From an uncultured Candidatus Binatia bacterium (lineage in GTDB: Bacteria; Desulfobacterota; Binatia; UBA9968; JAJDTQ01), in the NCBI GenBank assembly GCA_964291295.2, contig OZ219754.1:384001-448000 (forward strand): a stretch of 64,000 bases of DNA. Reading direction: 5' to 3'. Under the pieces are notes generated by a model. The model saw only the letters and a list, made by a program, of their open reading frames with translations, was not told the DNA's origin and searched no databases. Shown here one piece after another: positions 1 through 10,046 of this stretch. Each line of letters opens with the position of its first letter. The stretch's first letter is position 1. The position numbers and the translations under genes are program-made.

Positions 1-1856
1 AGGAATCCCGACGCCTTCGATTCGTAAGTTGCCTTGGCGTGCCCGGATGAGGTCGACGCCAAATCGACCGAGGCTGCGTAGCCACACAGGATCTCCCGGA
101 ATCGGTCGTCTTCGCCGATGAGATGGAAAAAGACCTCGTCCGCCGCCTTCTCGTCCTTGAAACGCGGCGGCTCGTGCGGCTGGATGAAATACAGGTAGAA
201 ATCGCGCGGAGGCGCTGCGGTGGACCGCTCATTCGGCGCACCGAAGAACAAGTACCCCCGGCGAGCCGCCTTGCGCGCTCGCCATTCGAGTTCGTGCTCC
301 CAGATATGGTAGCCGGTGACGTAGGTTTCGTCGGTGCACTCCATCACCCGCCGCAGCGCATCGTAGTAGTAGCGGTCCAACCGTGCCGCATCAAGGCTTT
401 CGGCCCGTTTCTCGATCAACGCGTCGAAATCGTCGGTTTTCTTGAGATCGAGATAGTATTGGCGGTTGTCCGGATTCGACGAAATGAACTGGCCGCTGAC
501 GGTCTTGTGTATCTCGCGGAGCACCGTTTCCACTTGTGACAGGAGATCGTCGGCAGGATCTCCCCCGAGATCCTCGATCCCGGGCTGGTACAGACACAGC
601 CTGTCCCTCAACTCCTCGGCGGTGGCCCCAAGTGGGGCGTGCATGTCGCCGGTAGTCAGCCGGTGCACCGAAAGCGCATGAATGATTCGTACCGCCATGG
701 GCTTGTAGGCAGGTCTCGTGAACGCCTGATCGATCCGGGACTCCAGCACTTGGCTGCAATCGATAATGGCCTTGATGTCCGGGAGGGTCCGGAAGGACGG
801 GTTCGTTCGCAATGTGGACCAGTAGCCGTCATAGGCGATGAGGCCCGGTCGGTCGGTCGGAAGGTCTCGCCCAATCAGCTGCTTCATTGCCAATGACAGG
901 GTTCGGAGGATTTCGCGCTTTTCGACGACGGTCACACGCTCGAAGGTGTCGATGTAATCGGGATGGACCGGGAACAGGTCCACATACTCGTCCATTCGCT
1001 CGTTCATGAGCCCGTAGAACTTGGCGAAGGGCGCCAGGTATTCCCTGATCCGAACCTGCTGCTCGCCGGTTTTTCGGAGCAGTCGTTGCGCCACGACAAA
1101 CTTCACGTCCCTCCGGGCGATAAGTACTTGCTCGAAGCGATCCTTTACTCGACGGATGCTGTCAGCGACGAAGGCGAAACGCGGGCTGTCGAAAATGGCC
1201 TCCTGCACCCCGGCGATGAAGCGCAGCCGGAGATCCTTGCAGACCTCGCCGATTTCGCGCAGGAAGTTGAGGTCCAGGATCAGTTCCTGGTCCTTGCGTG
1301 ATCGCAGATAGTCCAGAAGCTCGTCCACGACCAGCAGCAGGCCGTGATCGGGGTAGGCTCGGTGAAAGGCCGCCATCATCTCCTCGAAGGCACGCTTGCT
1401 GCCGGAGACCTCTGAAGCGCCCGGAAAGGTAAACGACACACCAAGCGCATCCAGGCGCTCCTCCAGTTCGCCACAGACGATGTCGCGCAGGGACATCGTG
1501 GTGGCGCCGATCTCGGTTCGAACCACCTTGAACTTGCCGGCCACCGCATTCGTTTCTTGCAAGGCCCTCGGATTGGAAAGTTCCGATGCCAGTTCGGCGT
1601 ATTCGGCGATGCCGGAAATGACCGACATCAGGTGCGATTTGCCTGTGCCATAGTTGCCGACGATCAGGACCCCCTTGTTGTCGGCGGGTTTGTCGTACTG
1701 AAGTTGCGAAAACACCACGGCCGACAGCTTCTCGGCCATGTCATCGGAAATGACATAGCTGCTTACGAGATGGCGCGCGGCGGCCGTGTCGTCGGCATCG
1801 CGGAGTTGTACAACGCTCTCAATCGGATCGAACCAGATCAGATTGTCGTACTTCAT
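1..1856 (-). CDS. brxC: BREX type-3 ATPase, DUF6079/BrxC-like (runs off the left edge of the window)
   Basis: Manual translation from the ATG at 1856 gives [22 protein letters not shown]..., with Walker A GNYGTGKS and Walker [13 protein letters not shown]. It is absent from the ORF track because no stop lies in the window. It directly abuts the brxF stop. Confidence 0.85.
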   Translation of the reverse strand, partial: MKYDNLIWFDPIESVVQLRDADDTAAARHLVSSYVISDDMAEKLSAVVFSQLQYDKPADNKGVLIVGNYGTGKSHLMSVISGIAEYAELASELSNPRALQETNAVAGKFKVVRTEIGATTMSLRDIVCGELEERLDALGVSFTFPGASEVSGSKRAFEEMMAAFHRAYPDHGLLLVVDELLDYLRSRKDQELILDLNFLREIGEVCKDLRLRFIAGVQEAIFDSPRFAFVADSIRRVKDRFEQVLIARRDVKFVVAQRLLRKTGEQQVRIREYLAPFAKFYGLMNERMDEYVDLFPVHPDYIDTFERVTVVEKREILRTLSLAMKQLIGRDLPTDRPGLIAYDGYWSTLRTNPSFRTLPDIKAIIDCSQVLESRIDQAFTRPAYKPMAVRIIHALSVHRLTTGDMHAPLGATAEELRDRLCLYQPGIEDLGGDPADDLLSQVETVLREIHKTVSGQFISSNPDNRQYYLDLKKTDDFDALIEKRAESLDAARLDRYYYDALRRVMECTDETYVTGYHIWEHELEWRARKAARRGYLFFGAPNERSTAAPPRDFYLYFIQPHEPPRFKDEKAADEVFFHLIGEDDRFREILCGYAASVDLASTSSGHAKATYESKASGF

Positions 1857-2333
1857 CTATGTCGCCGCCTGCATGCGCACGGTGAGAATGCCGTCAATCG
1901 GGTAGCACCGGTACTCGGGATGCCCTGGCTGAGAGTAAGAGAGGCACCGGTCTTCAATGGATCCGTTCCAGGCTGCAATCACGGTCATGTGCCGCGACAG
2001 ATACTGCAACAGGCGAAGCGGATCCTGCCGTAGCGAGACATCGAAAAGAAGCTCGATACGGTTGAGCAGAACGATATCGCTTTCGGTTTCGGAAACGATC
2101 TGCTCAAGAAGCTGTTGGACATGGAGCGGGCGCTGCCGCTCGGCCAGATCCAACAAGCGGCGGGAGAGTTCGAGGTTGACGTTTACGATGGGCACACCGA
2201 TGCACTTGCCGACTGCCTGCAGGCTGTCGGTATTGCCCCCGCTCTGCCCGCCAACGATCAGGACGAGCCGGTTGTAAAGGCCGCGTGCAAGTCGAACCTT
2301 TTCGTTTACCGCCTCGGCCAGACTCTGCATCAC
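1857..2333 (-). CDS. brxF: BREX-3 P-loop-containing protein BrxF
   Basis: 158 aa with NVNLELSRRLL, IELLFDVSLRQDPLRLLQ and WNG...YSQPGHPEYRCY typical of BrxF. Lies immediately upstream of the DUF6079 ATPase. Confidence 0.85.
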   Translation of the reverse strand: MMQSLAEAVNEKVRLARGLYNRLVLIVGGQSGGNTDSLQAVGKCIGVPIVNVNLELSRRLLDLAERQRPLHVQQLLEQIVSETESDIVLLNRIELLFDVSLRQDPLRLLQYLSRHMTVIAAWNGSIEDRCLSYSQPGHPEYRCYPIDGILTVRMQAAT

Positions 2334-2539
2334 GCGTCATCTCCGATGTCCACCATGTCCGTTGCACCGCCTTGACCCAGCCAGCGATCGATCGTCTTCT
2401 TCTGGAATCGCCAGAGCCCTCCGACTGTCCGGCACGGAACCCTGCCTTCCTGCGCCAGCTTGCAGAGCGTCGGATGCGATCCCCTCAGACAGTCGGACAA
2501 CTCGTCGATCGCCAAGACGTTGCCCGGTTCCGTCTCCAC
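2330..2539 (-). CDS. Excisionase-like (HTH_17) DNA-binding protein
   Basis: 69 aa, pattern IDELSDCL...TLCKLAQEGRVP...VGGLWRF...IDRWL. 4-bp overlap with brxF. Confidence 0.75.
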   Translation of the reverse strand: METEPGNVLAIDELSDCLRGSHPTLCKLAQEGRVPCRTVGGLWRFQKKTIDRWLGQGGATDMVDIGDDA

Positions 2540-2635
2540 GGCGAGTCATCCTCGCCGCACTGCCGACAAGTCCGTGCATCTGACTGCGCGGACTCCTGCG
2601 ATTATCAATAGTTACAGCCGATGCCCATTGTCCCC

Positions 2636-2652
2636 ATCCAATCATTTTGGAT
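2636..2652. promoter_or_regulatory. Inverted repeat ATCCAA-N5-TTGGAT, possible operator upstream of the BREX operon
   Basis: Perfect 6-bp dyad in an AT-rich patch upstream of the HTH gene. Function is inferred. Confidence 0.3.
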
Positions 2653-2872
2653 ACAATTGGGGGCACTTTCAAGGCTTCGCCGGGAACCAACGAGCTGGAT
2701 TTCGCCGGCGGCTTCGGCGGGCGTCCGGTAGAGTTGACCCCGGGGGTCGCCGGACCGGTGCCCGTTCATCGCGGGCGCCGAGACCGTTCTGGAAGGAGAG
2801 ATCCCGCCCGAGGGACAGGTGCATCCCGAAGGCCCGTTCGGCGGGTTCTCGCGCCCGGTGGAGGGCACCCAC

Positions 2873-3940
2873 CTACGGATCCAGCCGGTAGAAGCGGCGC
2901 GCATTGTCCGCGAGGATGGCCGCCTTGTCGTCGTCGGTGAGCGCCGGGTTGCCGGTCACCTCGGCGATCTCGTGGCCGATGTCGCCGGGGCCGATCTCGT
3001 GCGGGAAGTCGCTGGCGAACAGGAACCGCCCGTTGCCGGCCCGCTGGATCTGGTAGTCGAGGCCTTTCTCGCCGCCCTCGCAGCCCACGAAGACGTTGTC
3101 CAGGAGCCCGTAACGGCTTGGCGGGTGCTCGGGACCGGGACCGTCATAGTTGCCGTGGGAGTTCCACTCGCCGAAAAAGGCATGGGATCGATCCATCCGG
3201 TCCATCCAGAAGCTCAGCCATCCCGCGCCCCCTTCCAGGAACGCCACCCGCAGATTCGGAAACCGGTCGAAGACGCCGTGGTAGACCATGCCCGAGAAGG
3301 CGATCATCAGGCTGAAAGGGTGTCCCAACCCGGCCACGGGAACGAACGCCCCGAAAGTGTCGAGCCCCATGCCGTGATGGCAGCCGCCGTGCACCGCCAG
3401 GCCGCAGCCCAGCCGTTCCGCCTCCGCATACACGTCCCAGTAGATCCTGTGGCCCAGATCCATGGGCAGCCCGCGCGAGGGCAGCATGGCCCCCCGCATG
3501 CCCAGCTCCGTCACCGCCCGGCGCAACTCCCGGACCGCCTCCTCCGGTACCTGGAGCGGGAGGAGCGCCATGCCCTTGAGCCGCGGATTGTCCTTCAGGT
3601 ACCGGTCATGGAGCCAGCTGTTGTAGGCGTGGGCCACGGCGCAGGCCCAGTCCGGCCCGCTGATGTTGCCCATGGCCAGGCCCCAAGTGGGATACAGGAC
3701 GCTGCACTCGAACCCGGCCTCCTCCACGAACGAGCGCCAGTCCGCGGGCGTCACGGGCTTGCCGCCGCCAAAGGCGTCCTCGCTCAGATACCTGAGTCCC
3801 AGGTGATGGTGGTCCAGAGAGGGAAAGACCCGCGTCAGGATGCGCCGGCTTGCCTGACTGCGATAGGGCTCCTCGATGTAATCGACGATGGACTCGTCCT
3901 CGATCACATGGCCATCGGCATCGATGACGGGCAGGCGCAC
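2873..3940 (-). CDS. Amidohydrolase_2 family metal-dependent hydrolase/decarboxylase
   Basis: GTG start after an AGGAGG RBS. Motifs IDADGH, VHG, FLEGGAGW and FASDFPH. Confidence 0.85.
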   Translation of the reverse strand: MRLPVIDADGHVIEDESIVDYIEEPYRSQASRRILTRVFPSLDHHHLGLRYLSEDAFGGGKPVTPADWRSFVEEAGFECSVLYPTWGLAMGNISGPDWACAVAHAYNSWLHDRYLKDNPRLKGMALLPLQVPEEAVRELRRAVTELGMRGAMLPSRGLPMDLGHRIYWDVYAEAERLGCGLAVHGGCHHGMGLDTFGAFVPVAGLGHPFSLMIAFSGMVYHGVFDRFPNLRVAFLEGGAGWLSFWMDRMDRSHAFFGEWNSHGNYDGPGPEHPPSRYGLLDNVFVGCEGGEKGLDYQIQRAGNGRFLFASDFPHEIGPGDIGHEIAEVTGNPALTDDDKAAILADNARRFYRLDP

Positions 3941-3981
3941 GGACTCCCCTCCTGATCCCGGTCCCTGCGGAACTCCAGTCC

Positions 3982-4644
3982 CTATTGGATACCGGTAATC
4001 CTGATGCTGGCGTGCTTCGACTTGTAACGGCGGTTGAGGGCGATGAGCACGCCGGTCAACCCCTCCACCACGTAGGCGTTGCCCGCCGGGCCGGCATCGA
4101 GGCCGGTGGCGCCGATGCGCGCCAGCAGCTCGATGACACGCTCCTTGGCTTCCCTGCTGTCGCCGCACACCAGCACGTCGCCGAGGGGCTCGTCCGGGGC
4201 GCCGAGGTCCAGCGCCGAGATGTTGTGCAATGCGCCGATGACCGGGGTGTCCTGGCCCAGGATATTCTGGGCTTCCAGCAGCGCGGAGCCGGCCTCGGGC
4301 ACGAAGGGCCGGCCCTTGCGCAACGGCACCACCGCGTCGATGACGATCTTTCCCCGCAACGCCTCGGCCAGGTCGCGCACCATCTTCTCCTGGCCTTCAT
4401 AGGGAACCGAGATGACGGCCAGCTCCGCTTCCCGGACCGCGTCGGCGTTGAGCATCCCCTCCACGAAGTCCGTGCCCAGCCGCTGGTTCAGCTCCCTGGC
4501 CGCGTCCGCGCCGCGCTGCGCGTCGCGTGAACCGATGAGAACCCGCACGCCGGGCCGCGCCAAGCGTCCCGCCAAGCCCATTCCCAGACTTCCGGTCCCT
4601 CCCACGATAGCGATCGAAATGGAATCCTGCATGGGGTGGCTCAT
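3982..4644 (-). CDS. npdG: NADPH-dependent F420 reductase (Fno/NpdG)
   Basis: GGTGSLG Rossmann motif, IGSR, DAVVPL, HNISA and VEGLT...LIALNRRYK. Lies within the cof operon. Confidence 0.9.
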   Translation of the reverse strand: MSHPMQDSISIAIVGGTGSLGMGLAGRLARPGVRVLIGSRDAQRGADAARELNQRLGTDFVEGMLNADAVREAELAVISVPYEGQEKMVRDLAEALRGKIVIDAVVPLRKGRPFVPEAGSALLEAQNILGQDTPVIGALHNISALDLGAPDEPLGDVLVCGDSREAKERVIELLARIGATGLDAGPAGNAYVVEGLTGVLIALNRRYKSKHASIRITGIQ

Positions 4645-4663
4645 AACATTTTCGCCTCAGGTC

Positions 4664-5464
4664 CTACAAATGGCGGGTCGGCGCGGGAACGGGTCCGACC
4701 TCGCGCTCCTGGCCGCGGAAGAGATCATCCGACGCCGGCCGGATCAATTCCCGCGCCGATCCGTCACCTGGCGGCAACTCGCAGCCCCGGACAATGGCGG
4801 CGGGCACGCGGCGGGTCTTTCCCATGACCAGTTCAGCGGCCCCCGCGACCTGGTCAGCCACCGCCGTGACCGACGCTCTGAGCTGATATCCATGGGAGTC
4901 GACCTGTCCGCGGTGGTCGATCAGGGGACCGAAGCCCGCCACGCCGATGGCCACGTCGGTGGTGCCCAGGCGCCAGGGGCGGCCGAACGTGTCGGTGATG
5001 ACGACGCCGGCCGTGGTCCCGGTGAGCCGCCGCACCTCGTCGCGGACGCGCCGGGCGGAAGCGTCGGAGTCCTCCGGCAACAGCAGCGCGCGGTCCGCGC
5101 CGACGTTCGACAGGTCGATGCCCGCGTTGGCGCATACGAAGCCGTGATGGGTCTCGACGACGATGGTGCTGCGCCCTTTCGCGACGATGCGGCGGCTCTC
5201 CCGCAGGATGAGCTCCAGCAGACGGGGATCCTTGCCGTCGAGCTCGGCGGAGAGCCTCGACGCCTCCGCGGAGGGGACAACGCTGCCCAGAGCCACGGCG
5301 CGGCCCTCGGACTTGGAGACGATCTTCTGCGCCAGCACCAGCACGTCGCCGTCCCGCAAGGCGGTACCCTGGCGCGCGCAGACCTCCACCACCCGCCGCC
5401 CCAGCGGGTCGCCGGACACGATCTCGCCCAACCCCTCCACGGCGATGACCTCGAGGCGCCGCAT
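4664..5464 (-). CDS. cofE: Coenzyme F420-0:L-glutamate ligase
   Basis: AQKIVSKSEG, CANAGIDLSN, DTFGRPWR and GTTDVAIG motifs. Confidence 0.93.
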   Translation of the reverse strand: MRRLEVIAVEGLGEIVSGDPLGRRVVEVCARQGTALRDGDVLVLAQKIVSKSEGRAVALGSVVPSAEASRLSAELDGKDPRLLELILRESRRIVAKGRSTIVVETHHGFVCANAGIDLSNVGADRALLLPEDSDASARRVRDEVRRLTGTTAGVVITDTFGRPWRLGTTDVAIGVAGFGPLIDHRGQVDSHGYQLRASVTAVADQVAGAAELVMGKTRRVPAAIVRGCELPPGDGSARELIRPASDDLFRGQEREVGPVPAPTRHL

Positions 5465-5470
5465 GGACGG

Positions 5471-6160
5471 CTAACCCGCTTCGGCGCAGAAGCGGCCGCC
5501 GCGGTCCTTCATGGCGGCGAGCCGATCACGGGTGCGGCCGCCTTGCAGCCGGCGGACGACCTGCTGGAGGTCGGCGGGCTCGTCCACATCCAGCGCGATG
5601 CGGGCGTTCTCGACGACTTTGACGACGGCGCCGCGGGTTGCCGCCTGGTTGAGGTGATGGCGGAAGCTGTCGTGGCCGAAACGGAGCCGCAGTACGTCCG
5701 GCGGCGCCAGCAGCAGCGCGTTGGTGCCCATGCGGTCATGGGAGGGCGTGAGCACGACAAAGGGCTGGTGGGGATGCTTGCCAGGACGGGCCGGCGCGGC
5801 GCGGAGCACCGACTCCACATCCTCGGCGCGCACCAGCGGGATATCGCCCGGCAACACCAGCACGGCTTCCATGCCCGCCTCCTTCATCACGTCGAGGGCG
5901 AGGTGGACCGCGGCGGTCTCACCCGTCTCCTCCTGTTCCCGGATGACCGCCACGCGCATGGCCGAGACCCAGTCCACCACCGCGGCGGAGCCGGTGACCA
6001 CGCAGGTCTCGTGGACGCCCCGCGCACGGGTCACCTCGGTCAGCACGTCGTGCACCATGGCCTTCATCAATTCCGAGCGGTCGTGCGCGCCGAGTTGAGG
6101 GGAAAGCCGCTGCTTGGCGCCGTGAAATCCCTTGACAGGTATGAGCGCACCGATCTTCAT
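5471..6160 (-). CDS. cofC: 2-phospho-L-lactate/PEP guanylyltransferase
   Basis: LIPVK...AKQRLS, PGDIPL, GTNALL, FGHDSFRHH and LDVDEPADL motifs. Confidence 0.92.
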   Translation of the reverse strand: MKIGALIPVKGFHGAKQRLSPQLGAHDRSELMKAMVHDVLTEVTRARGVHETCVVTGSAAVVDWVSAMRVAVIREQEETGETAAVHLALDVMKEAGMEAVLVLPGDIPLVRAEDVESVLRAAPARPGKHPHQPFVVLTPSHDRMGTNALLLAPPDVLRLRFGHDSFRHHLNQAATRGAVVKVVENARIALDVDEPADLQQVVRRLQGGRTRDRLAAMKDRGGRFCAEAG

Positions 6161-6276
6161 CCCCGAATTCACTACCGAGTTCATCACTGAACCGGAATCC
6201 CTGGCACCGGCCCGAAGACTCTGGAATCCTGCCGGGGCGCGGGCCATCCGCTCCGGGACCGGCGGCGAACCGCCCC

Positions 6277-7197
6277 TCAGGAGAGTTGCAGCAGCTCCCG
6301 GGCCAGCCGCTTCTTGTCGTCCAGGGTATCCATGCGGATGGAGGCGGCGCGCACCTCCAGGCCCAGCTTCTCGATGGCGGGCCGCTGATGCCGGTCTTTC
6401 TCGTCAATGACCAGCACGTTCACGAAATCCCGGTAGGCCCGGGCCAGTCCTTCCACCGACGCCTCCACACCGAGGGTGGCCATCAGCTTGTGAGCCGGGC
6501 CGCTGAAGGAACATCCCCGCACCATCGGGCTTACGGCCGCCACCGTGGCGGGCGTCTGCCCCAGCGCCTCCCGGACGCCGGGCACCGCAAGGATGGGGCC
6601 GATGCTGGTGGCCGGGTTGCTCGGACAGACCACCACCATGGCGGCGCCGTGGATGGCTTCCAGCAGCCCCGGCGCCGGACGGCAACCCTCGATGCCCTGG
6701 TAGCGCAGGCTCAGGACAGACGGCTGCCAGCGCGCCTTCACGAAGTACTCCTGAAAGGATATCTCCCCCTCCGAGGTGGAAAGCCGGGTCTCCACCCGCT
6801 GGTCGGACATGGGCAGCACGGTGGACCGGACCCCCAGAGCGCGGCACAGCGCGGCGGTGACGCAGGACAGGGACTGCCCCCGGGCCAGCAGGCGGGTGCG
6901 AGTCAGATGGAGGGCGATGTCCCGATCGCCCAGTTGAAACCAAGTCTCGTTGCCAAGCCGCCGGAGCTGTTCCAGTACGGCGAAGGTATCGTCCCGGATA
7001 CCCCAGCCCCGGACCGGGTCGATGAGGCCCGCCAAGGTATAGGCGATGGTATCGACGTCGGGGGATACGTGGAGACCGTGCATCACCGAGTCGTCGGCGG
7101 TGTTGCACACCACCACCAGGTCTCCGGGGGCGGTCTCCTCATGGAAGCCCAAGACCAGCTTGGCGCCGCCGGTGCCTCCGGTGAGGAGGACGATCAT
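6277..7197 (-). CDS. cofD: 2-phospho-L-lactate transferase
   Basis: GGTGGAK, NTADD, SPDVDT, WFQLGDRD, FQEYFV and PSNPATSIGPIL motifs. Confidence 0.93.
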   Translation of the reverse strand: MIVLLTGGTGGAKLVLGFHEETAPGDLVVVCNTADDSVMHGLHVSPDVDTIAYTLAGLIDPVRGWGIRDDTFAVLEQLRRLGNETWFQLGDRDIALHLTRTRLLARGQSLSCVTAALCRALGVRSTVLPMSDQRVETRLSTSEGEISFQEYFVKARWQPSVLSLRYQGIEGCRPAPGLLEAIHGAAMVVVCPSNPATSIGPILAVPGVREALGQTPATVAAVSPMVRGCSFSGPAHKLMATLGVEASVEGLARAYRDFVNVLVIDEKDRHQRPAIEKLGLEVRAASIRMDTLDDKKRLARELLQLS

Positions 7198-7201
7198 GGT
7201 G

Positions 7202-8446
7202 CTACAGGCCGGCCGCCGGCTGGTATGCGGCGCTGGCGGATGCCGCGAATTCACCCGCGGGGAACTCGGGCTCGTCTCCCCAGGTCCTCAGTATCTCGTA
7301 GCCGGTGGAGCGCTCGGCCGGGATGCGGCCGATCTGGCGGATCAGCGAGCGGAACTCGTGAGGCCAGATCATCTGCCCCTCGGTGGAGCCCGCCAGCCGC
7401 GAGATGCTCTCCTCCATCAACGTGCCGCCGAAATCGTTGGCGCCGGACCTGAGGCAGAGCTGGGACATGCGCCGGCCCATCTTCACCCAGGAGACCTGGA
7501 CGTTGGGAATGGTATCGTTCAACAGCACGCGCGCCAGCGCGTGGACCCGGATGTCCTCCTCCTCGGTCGGGCCGGGCCGCGCCAGCCCCTGGGCGTAGAG
7601 TGCGGTGTTCTCGTGCACGAAACCCAGCGGCACGAACTCGGTGAAGCCGCCCGTCTCCTTCTGGATGTTCCGCAAGAGCAGCATGTGATCGACCCAATGG
7701 CTGCCATTCTCCCGGTGACCGTACATCATGGTGGAGGTGGTGAAGATGCCCGCTTCATGGGCGGTGCGGATCACCCGGATCCACTGCTCGGTGCTGACCT
7801 TGTTCTTGGACAACACCATCCGCACCTCGTCGTCGAGGATTTCCGCGGCCGTGCCCGGCACGCTGTCGAGGCCGGCATCCCGCAACATCCGCAAATAGTC
7901 GCCCAGCGGCATGCCGGTGAGCTCCACCCCGTAGGTGATCTCCATGGGGGAGTAGGCGTGGATGTGGATTCCGGGAACGCGGGAGCGGATGGCCTGCAAA
8001 AGGTCACGGTAGTAGAATGGGGTCATGCCGCGCGGCAGCCCGCCCTGCATGCAGACCTCGGTGGCGCCCCGGTTCCAGGCCTCCTCCGCCTTGTCCGCCA
8101 CCTCCGCCAGCGAGTTGTCCCAGCTTCCGGGCTTGTGGGGACCCGTGTGGAAGGCGCAGAACTTGCAGCCCACGTAGCAGACATTGGTGAAGTTGATGTT
8201 GCGGCATACGACGTAGGTGAGGCGGTCGCCCACCTTGGCCTGCCGCATCAGGTCGGCGGTGACCGCGAGGGCGGCGAGTTCGTCGCCGCTCACCTCCGAC
8301 AGCGCCAGCCCTTCCTCCCGCGTGACCTCGCGGCCCGCAAGCGCCCCCTCCAGGATTCGTGCGACCCGAGCCTCGATGCGGGGCAACAGCCCGTTCAGCC
8401 GTCGTGCCCCGTCGTCATGCTCGAACATCGCTTCGATGTGGCTCAT
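7202..8446 (-). CDS. cofH: FO synthase subunit 2 (radical SAM)
   Basis: RNINFTNVCYVGCKFCAF (CxxxCxxC), PGTAAEIL, FTEFVPL and GANDFGGTLMEESISR. Confidence 0.92.
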   Translation of the reverse strand: MSHIEAMFEHDDGARRLNGLLPRIEARVARILEGALAGREVTREEGLALSEVSGDELAALAVTADLMRQAKVGDRLTYVVCRNINFTNVCYVGCKFCAFHTGPHKPGSWDNSLAEVADKAEEAWNRGATEVCMQGGLPRGMTPFYYRDLLQAIRSRVPGIHIHAYSPMEITYGVELTGMPLGDYLRMLRDAGLDSVPGTAAEILDDEVRMVLSKNKVSTEQWIRVIRTAHEAGIFTTSTMMYGHRENGSHWVDHMLLLRNIQKETGGFTEFVPLGFVHENTALYAQGLARPGPTEEEDIRVHALARVLLNDTIPNVQVSWVKMGRRMSQLCLRSGANDFGGTLMEESISRLAGSTEGQMIWPHEFRSLIRQIGRIPAERSTGYEILRTWGDEPEFPAGEFAASASAAYQPAAGL

Positions 8447-9653
8447 GATCTCCTCCAGCGGCGGCGAGGCCGTCCTCGCCGCACAACCGCTCCACGTAGG
8501 GAATCAACTCGGGCGCGATGAACCGCTCCGCCCGGGCGATGTATTCCGGATAGACCGGGAGCCGGGGCCGCAGCGTGAAACCCGCGCTCGCGGTACGCTC
8601 CTCCAGCTCCACCCGTTCGGGCCAGGGTGCCTCCGGGTTGATGAAGTCGCAGGTCGCCGGCGACACCCCGCCCCAGTCGTTGATACCCGCGTCGAGATAT
8701 CGCTCATAGGATTCCGGCGTGAGATTGGGCGGCGCCTGGATGTTCATGTCGCCCCCCAGGATCAACCGCGCCAAGGCAATGGTCCGGGCCTCCTCGTCAT
8801 AGTCGGCGTCGGGGTGCCCGCGCATGGGGATCCCGGGCTTCACGCGGAAGTTCTGCACGATCACTTCCTGGATGTGGCCGTGGCGGCGATGCAGTTCGCC
8901 CACCGCGTAAAGCGACGCGATGCGCTCCTCCCGGGTCTCGCCAATGCCGATGAGGATCCCGGTGGTGAAGGGAATGCGCAACCGGCCCGCCTCCGCCAGC
9001 GTCCGGATCCGCGCCGACGGCTTCTTGTCGGGCGCGCCGGCGTGGGGGCCGCCGGGTTCCATGAGGCGCTCGCTGACATTTTCCAGCATCAGCCCCATGC
9101 TCACGTTGACCCGCCTCAGCCGCTCCAGGTCGGTCCGCGCCATGAGCCCGGGATTGGCGTGGGGCAGCAATCCGGTCTGCTCCAGCACCGCTCTGCAGGC
9201 GTCGTACAGATATTCCAGCGTTCTGCGGTAGCGCCGCCGCCTCAGGAACTCCCGCATCTCCGGGTAGATGGCCTCCGGCTTGTCTCCCAGGCTGAACAGC
9301 GCCTCGGTGCAGCCCATGTTCCCGGCCCGCCGCGCCATCTCCAGCACCTCGTCCAGGGACAGGGTCCGGGCGCCCTCCTCTCCGGGAGCCTTGCGGAACG
9401 TGCAGTAGCCGCAAAAGTCGCGGCAGAGATTGGTCAGCGGTATGAAGACCTTGGGGGAAAAGGTGACGGTCCGGCCCTTGTGGCGGTCGCGCAACTCGGC
9501 CGCCGTTCGGAGCAGCGCCGTGAATTCGTCTCCCTCGACACCGGCCAGCAGCAGGGCGTCTTGCGACGCCAAGGCCCCGCCGTCCAGACACTCCCGCAGC
9601 AGTCGTGGGATCCGGCGCGTTGTCATTGGCCAAACGCTCAAGTGGGTTTCCAT
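8415..9653 (-). CDS. cofG: FO synthase subunit 1 (radical SAM)
   Basis: FIPLTNLCRDFCGYCTF, PHANPG, SMGLMLE, FTTGILIGIGE, QAPPNL and GINDWGGVSP. The start may be ~9626. Confidence 0.92.
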   Translation of the reverse strand: METHLSVWPMTTRRIPRLLRECLDGGALASQDALLLAGVEGDEFTALLRTAAELRDRHKGRTVTFSPKVFIPLTNLCRDFCGYCTFRKAPGEEGARTLSLDEVLEMARRAGNMGCTEALFSLGDKPEAIYPEMREFLRRRRYRRTLEYLYDACRAVLEQTGLLPHANPGLMARTDLERLRRVNVSMGLMLENVSERLMEPGGPHAGAPDKKPSARIRTLAEAGRLRIPFTTGILIGIGETREERIASLYAVGELHRRHGHIQEVIVQNFRVKPGIPMRGHPDADYDEEARTIALARLILGGDMNIQAPPNLTPESYERYLDAGINDWGGVSPATCDFINPEAPWPERVELEERTASAGFTLRPRLPVYPEYIARAERFIAPELIPYVERLCGEDGLAAAGGDHEPHRSDVRA

Positions 9654-10046
9654 AACGGATAAGGATGTTCAGGTCAACTGACCCCGGGGCCGGCCGCCGG
9701 CCATGGAACCGGCTTGCATTTTCGCGGCGGATGGAGGAAATTCCTGTCGAAAGTCAACGCCGTCTCTGCGCCGTCATCCGGTGTCGCGGAGACAAGGAGC
9801 GCATCCATGTCCGCATCCATGTCAGACGACCCTCACGACCCCCACGACGACGGCAACCCGCCGCCGCCCATGCCCAAGTCTCCCATCGTCCTGTTCCACC
9901 TCCTCGAATTCCCTGTTGCTCCACCGGCACCCCTGTGCCTCTAGACCGGACCGAGCGTCCACGGGAATTTCCCGCACCCGGACAACCCGGGACGGAATGC
10001 TCCCGTGCCGCCTTGCGTCCCGGCATTCCGGAGCGGAGATCGATTC

